DNA of 42,261 bases from Trueperaceae bacterium. Its GTDB lineage: Bacteria > Deinococcota > Deinococci > Deinococcales > Trueperaceae. The DNA is taken from NCBI GenBank assembly GCA_035703635.1, contig DASSXV010000079.1, forward strand, positions 1 through 42,261, given 5' to 3'. Position numbers and translations under genes: made by a program. The notes under the pieces are model-generated. The model was not told where the DNA came from, did not search any database, and was given only the letters and a program-made list of their open reading frames with translations. The stretch's first letter is position 1; each line of letters opens with the position of its first letter. Of the stretch, positions 38,647 through 42,261 are shown piece by piece.

Positions 38647-39384
38647 ATGTCGGACATTCAAAGGCACCTACGCGCCAAGACGGGCGACGTCGCACCGTAC
38701 GTCCTCATCCCCGGCGACCCGGGCCGCGCCGAGCGCATAGCGGAGACGTTCGTCGACGCGCGGCTCATCGCACGCAACCGCGAGTACGTGATCTACACGG
38801 GCCGCACGCAGGCCGGGGCGCCGATCAGCGTCTGCTCGACTGGCATCGGCGGGCCATCGGCCTCCATCGCGCTTGAGGAGCTCGTGCGCATCGGCGCTAC
38901 GCACTTCATCCGGGTAGGCTCGGCGGGCGGCAGGCAGCCCGCGACGCCCATCGGTTCCGTCGTGGTCGTGACCTCGGCGTTCCGCGGCGACGGCACCTCC
39001 CTCGATTACATCCCGCTCGGCTACCCAGCCGCCGCGGACATCGACGTCACGCTAGCCCTGCGCCACGCTGCCGCCGACTACCTCGGTCAGCGCGCCATCG
39101 AGGGCGTCGTATTCACGCGCGACGCCTTCTACCGCCGCGACGACGGCCTCAACGCGCGCCTTACCGACGCCGGCATCGTGGCCGCCGAGCAGGAGTGCTC
39201 GACCGTCTTCGTCATCGGTGCACTGCTCGGCGTGAAGGTCGGCGCCGTCCTAGGTACGGACTCGAACATCTACTTAGACCCGCAACCGACGCGCGAGGAG
39301 AAGGAAGCGCTATACAAGCGCGTCGAGATGGACACCATCCGCATCGCTACTGCTGCCGTCGACCGCCTCCACACTGAACGATGA
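38647..39384 (+). CDS. Nucleoside phosphorylase (uridine phosphorylase / PNP_UDP_1 family)
   Basis: PGDPGRA, NREY, STGIGGPS...EEL, IRVGSAG. Confidence 0.88.
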   Translation: MSDIQRHLRAKTGDVAPYVLIPGDPGRAERIAETFVDARLIARNREYVIYTGRTQAGAPISVCSTGIGGPSASIALEELVRIGATHFIRVGSAGGRQPATPIGSVVVVTSAFRGDGTSLDYIPLGYPAAADIDVTLALRHAAADYLGQRAIEGVVFTRDAFYRRDDGLNARLTDAGIVAAEQECSTVFVIGALLGVKVGAVLGTDSNIYLDPQPTREEKEALYKRVEMDTIRIATAAVDRLHTER

Positions 39385-41138
39385 AGCCGTTCGCACCTAG
39401 CCTCACGGCTCGCGACCTGCTGGTGAAGAACGCCATGCTCGTCGACGTCGTTACGCAGTCGAGTTACCGCGGGTGGTTCACCGTCCAAGGCGGTCGCTTC
39501 GTCGAGGTTGAGGCAGGCGACCCAACGCCAGCCGACCTGGCCGGGCTGAGCATCGCTAAGCAGCGCGACCTCGGCGGGGCGTGGGTGCAGCCAGGCATGC
39601 TCGACGTTCACATGCACATCGAGAGCAGCCTCGTCACCCCACGCCGCTTCGCCGAGGCGGCGCTGCCTCACGGCACCACCACCGTCTTGCAAGACCCACA
39701 CGAGGTAGCCAACGTCGCTGGGGCCGCCGGTATCCGCTGGATGCTCGAGGCAAGCAGGGGTCTGCCGCAGCGCATGTTCACGGCCATCTCGAGCTGCGTG
39801 CCTGCCACGTCGGCGGACATCGAGACGCCAAACGCCTCCATCACGCCTGCCGAAGTTAGCGAGTTGGCGAGCGAGCCGGAGGTCATCGCCCTGGGTGAGG
39901 TGATGGACTACCAGGGGTTAGTGGCTGGCGACACCCACCTGCGCGCCATGGTGGCGGCGGCGAGCGCCGCCGGGCTGAGCATCGAGGGACACGTGCCGAG
40001 CCTAAGCGGCACAGCACTCTCGCGCTACGTTGCCAACGGCGTGCGCTCCGATCACACGCTAGCCAGCCCAGCGAAGCTCCTTGAGGAGTTGCGCAAGGGC
40101 CTGTGGGTGATGCTCCAGGAGAAGTCCCTCACGCTCGAGGTCGTCCAGACCGTAGCGGCGTTGCCTGACCGTAGCCGGATCCTCCTGATCACCGACGACG
40201 TCATGCCTGACCGGCTGCTAACAGGGCACGTCAGCCGGCTCGTCGACCTGGCGGTCGACCTCGGCTGGCCCGTACTAGACGCCATCGCGTCCGCCACCGT
40301 GCGTCCAGCCAGCTACCTTGGCATGCACGACCTTGGGCTGCTGGCCCCTGGAGCGCTCGCCGACTTCGTGGTTACGGACGACCTAGCCGCGTTCCCTCCG
40401 CGGGAGGTTCACGTGGCAGGCAAGCTCGTGGCCAAGGGGGGCGAGACCGTCGTGCCTTCCGTCTCGGCATCTTCGTTGGCGAGCGCGGCAGTTGGGCGCC
40501 CCACGTTCGTGCCAGGCAACGTTAGCGCGAAGGCGCTCCGCTTCCCAGGCCAGGCGGGCGCGCACTCAGTGTTGGCGCGGGTCATAGCCGTGAACCTCAT
40601 CAACAGCTTCACGACGCTAAGCGAGCGGCAAGTCGACCTAGTTGACGGCCTGCCTGTCGACCCGGACATCGCGCTCGCGTGCGTGGTGCCGCGTGCGGCG
40701 TTGCAGCCCGGAGCCGGCAGTTATGAGCCCGCAGTCTGTCTCGTTGCTGGCACTGGCCTGCACCGCGGCGCGTACGCGTCGAGTTTCGCCCACGACAGTC
40801 ATAACGTCTTCCTCTTCTGGCGCGACCCGCTAGCGCTCGCTAGATCACTCGCGGCGCTGGCTGGCGCCGGGGGCGGCATGGCGTTCACTGACGGCGAGGA
40901 GACGACCCTACTGCCGCTGCCGCTAGCTGGCTTGCTATCGGACGAGCCCGTCGGCGTGGTCGGGGCGCAGTTCGCCGCGCTAGAAGCGGCGCTGCGTGGC
41001 GCCGGCATGCACGTCAAGGCGCCCATCTTGCTCCTTACCCTTTTGCCGCTGAGCGTCAGTCCTGACTTCAAGGTGACGGACAAGGGCATCGTCGACGTGC
41101 AGGCGCGCCGCATCCTGGCGCCAACGGTGGCTTCATGA
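39381..41138 (+). CDS. Adenine deaminase family amidohydrolase
   Basis: DVHMHIESS, DPHEVANV, LGEVMDY, EGH, TDD, AHDSHN, LPLAGLLS. Confidence 0.88.
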   Translation: MKPFAPSLTARDLLVKNAMLVDVVTQSSYRGWFTVQGGRFVEVEAGDPTPADLAGLSIAKQRDLGGAWVQPGMLDVHMHIESSLVTPRRFAEAALPHGTTTVLQDPHEVANVAGAAGIRWMLEASRGLPQRMFTAISSCVPATSADIETPNASITPAEVSELASEPEVIALGEVMDYQGLVAGDTHLRAMVAAASAAGLSIEGHVPSLSGTALSRYVANGVRSDHTLASPAKLLEELRKGLWVMLQEKSLTLEVVQTVAALPDRSRILLITDDVMPDRLLTGHVSRLVDLAVDLGWPVLDAIASATVRPASYLGMHDLGLLAPGALADFVVTDDLAAFPPREVHVAGKLVAKGGETVVPSVSASSLASAAVGRPTFVPGNVSAKALRFPGQAGAHSVLARVIAVNLINSFTTLSERQVDLVDGLPVDPDIALACVVPRAALQPGAGSYEPAVCLVAGTGLHRGAYASSFAHDSHNVFLFWRDPLALARSLAALAGAGGGMAFTDGEETTLLPLPLAGLLSDEPVGVVGAQFAALEAALRGAGMHVKAPILLLTLLPLSVSPDFKVTDKGIVDVQARRILAPTVAS

Positions 41139-42261
41139 GTAACGCCGAGGCCGCCACCACCGCCATGCTGCTCCGACTGGTCGACCTCTGCCGCGTTCCC
41201 AGCCCAAGTCGGCAAGAGCGCCGCATCGCTGATCACCTGCGTGGCGAACTCGAGGCCATCGGCTTGACGGTCACGGAAGACGACGCCATGACGAGCACAG
41301 GCGGCGACGCAGGCAACCTCATCGCGCTCCTTGCGGGCGGCCTTCCTGAACGCATAGTGCTGGCGGCGCACATGGATACCGTGCCGCTAGTGCCTGGAGT
41401 GCCGTTGGCGCCAGAGGTCGAGGGGAGCGTCGTGCGGGCAGGGGGGAAGCAGGTCCTCGGGGCCGACGACAAGGCAGGCGTAAGTGTCGTACTCGACCTC
41501 CTCGAACGCGCGGCAGCCACGCCTTACGCCCAGCGCCCAACGCTCATCGCCGTCATCACCGTCTGCGAGGAACTCGGCCTGCTCGGCGCCAAGCACCTCG
41601 ACGTCGCCGCTCTCCGCGCGGACTACGCCTACTCGTTCGACGGCGAGGTGCCAGTAGGGGAGCTGATAACCTCGGCAGTGTTCAAGGAGGACGTGACCAT
41701 CACGGTCACCGGGCGGGCGGCGCACGCGGCACTAGAACCCGAGCGCGGCATTCACGCCATCAAGGCCGCCGCGGCAGTCGTGGAGGCCATTCCGCTTGGG
41801 CGCGTGGCCGACGATCAAGTCCTCAACATCGGCGCGATCACGGGCGGTGGAGCCACCAACGTCATTCCGGCCAGCGTGACCATGCGCGGCGAGCTGCGAG
41901 CGTTCAGCGCCGACCGGCTAGAAGAGTTGGCAGCCAACGTGAGCGCTCTCGCGACAGCCGCGGCAGCGCGGCACGGTGCGAGCGTGGCTATCGAGCGCCG
42001 CCACTTGTACGACGGCTACTCGTTGGCAAGCGACGCGGCTCCCATCAAGCGGTTAGCCGCCGCGGCCATGCGCCACGACGTGCAGCTCAAGACGGTCTCC
42101 TCGATAGGCGGGTCGGACACGAGCATCCTCAACCAGAAGGGCCTGCCGACCGTGAACGTTGGCATCGGCATGCACGACATCCATTCGGTCAACGAGTGGA
42201 TAGACGCGAGCGACCTAGTGCGCGTCGTGGAGTGGGTAGGAACGGCGTTGGGGCTCGCGGA
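41135..42261 (+). CDS. M20/M25/M40 metallo-hydrolase (peptidase T-like), stop codon outside window
   Basis: Not in the ORF track. Manual translation from ATG 41135 gives AHMDTV, LGADDKAG, CEELGL, AAHA, GGSD, MHDIHS. Confidence 0.88.
   Translation, partial: MSNAEAATTAMLLRLVDLCRVPSPSRQERRIADHLRGELEAIGLTVTEDDAMTSTGGDAGNLIALLAGGLPERIVLAAHMDTVPLVPGVPLAPEVEGSVVRAGGKQVLGADDKAGVSVVLDLLERAAATPYAQRPTLIAVITVCEELGLLGAKHLDVAALRADYAYSFDGEVPVGELITSAVFKEDVTITVTGRAAHAALEPERGIHAIKAAAAVVEAIPLGRVADDQVLNIGAITGGGATNVIPASVTMRGELRAFSADRLEELAANVSALATAAAARHGASVAIERRHLYDGYSLASDAAPIKRLAAAAMRHDVQLKTVSSIGGSDTSILNQKGLPTVNVGIGMHDIHSVNEWIDASDLVRVVEWVGTALGLA

Overview
GC-rich bacterial chromosome segment, probably Deinococcota (Truepera-like). 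This is inferred from the many leaderless TANNNT-N6-7-start genes; no marker gene was tested. The centre is a 20,828-bp integrative element inserted in tRNA-Ala(GGC) (3804-3879) and bounded by a 46-bp direct repeat (3835-3880 / 24663-24708). Its backbone encodes a tyrosine integrase, a DUF3987-like replication protein, an excisionase, a Zn-ribbon/HTH protein, a Rad52/DdrA-family annealase and an ArdC-like protein; I see no capsid or conjugation genes. Its cargo is defence-like: a Type ISP restriction-modification enzyme, a small tandem-repeat basic protein, and an AIPR + Dam-family methylase + HerA ATPase + NurA nuclease block. The most striking observation is a degenerate second copy of the right attachment arm inside the element (18206-18326) that stops exactly at the 7-bp ATGGCAT core. 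This makes the AIPR-Dam-HerA-NurA block look like a 6,343-bp cassette added by att-site recombination. The flanks are host genes: rplS, an HD-GYP-like protein, a MarR-controlled redox locus with two clear operators, a PhnD-like binding protein, an antiporter, a DapB-like protein, and an ABC-transporter/nucleoside phosphorylase/adenine deaminase/M20 hydrolase operon. All assignments come from motif reading by eye; no database searches were run.
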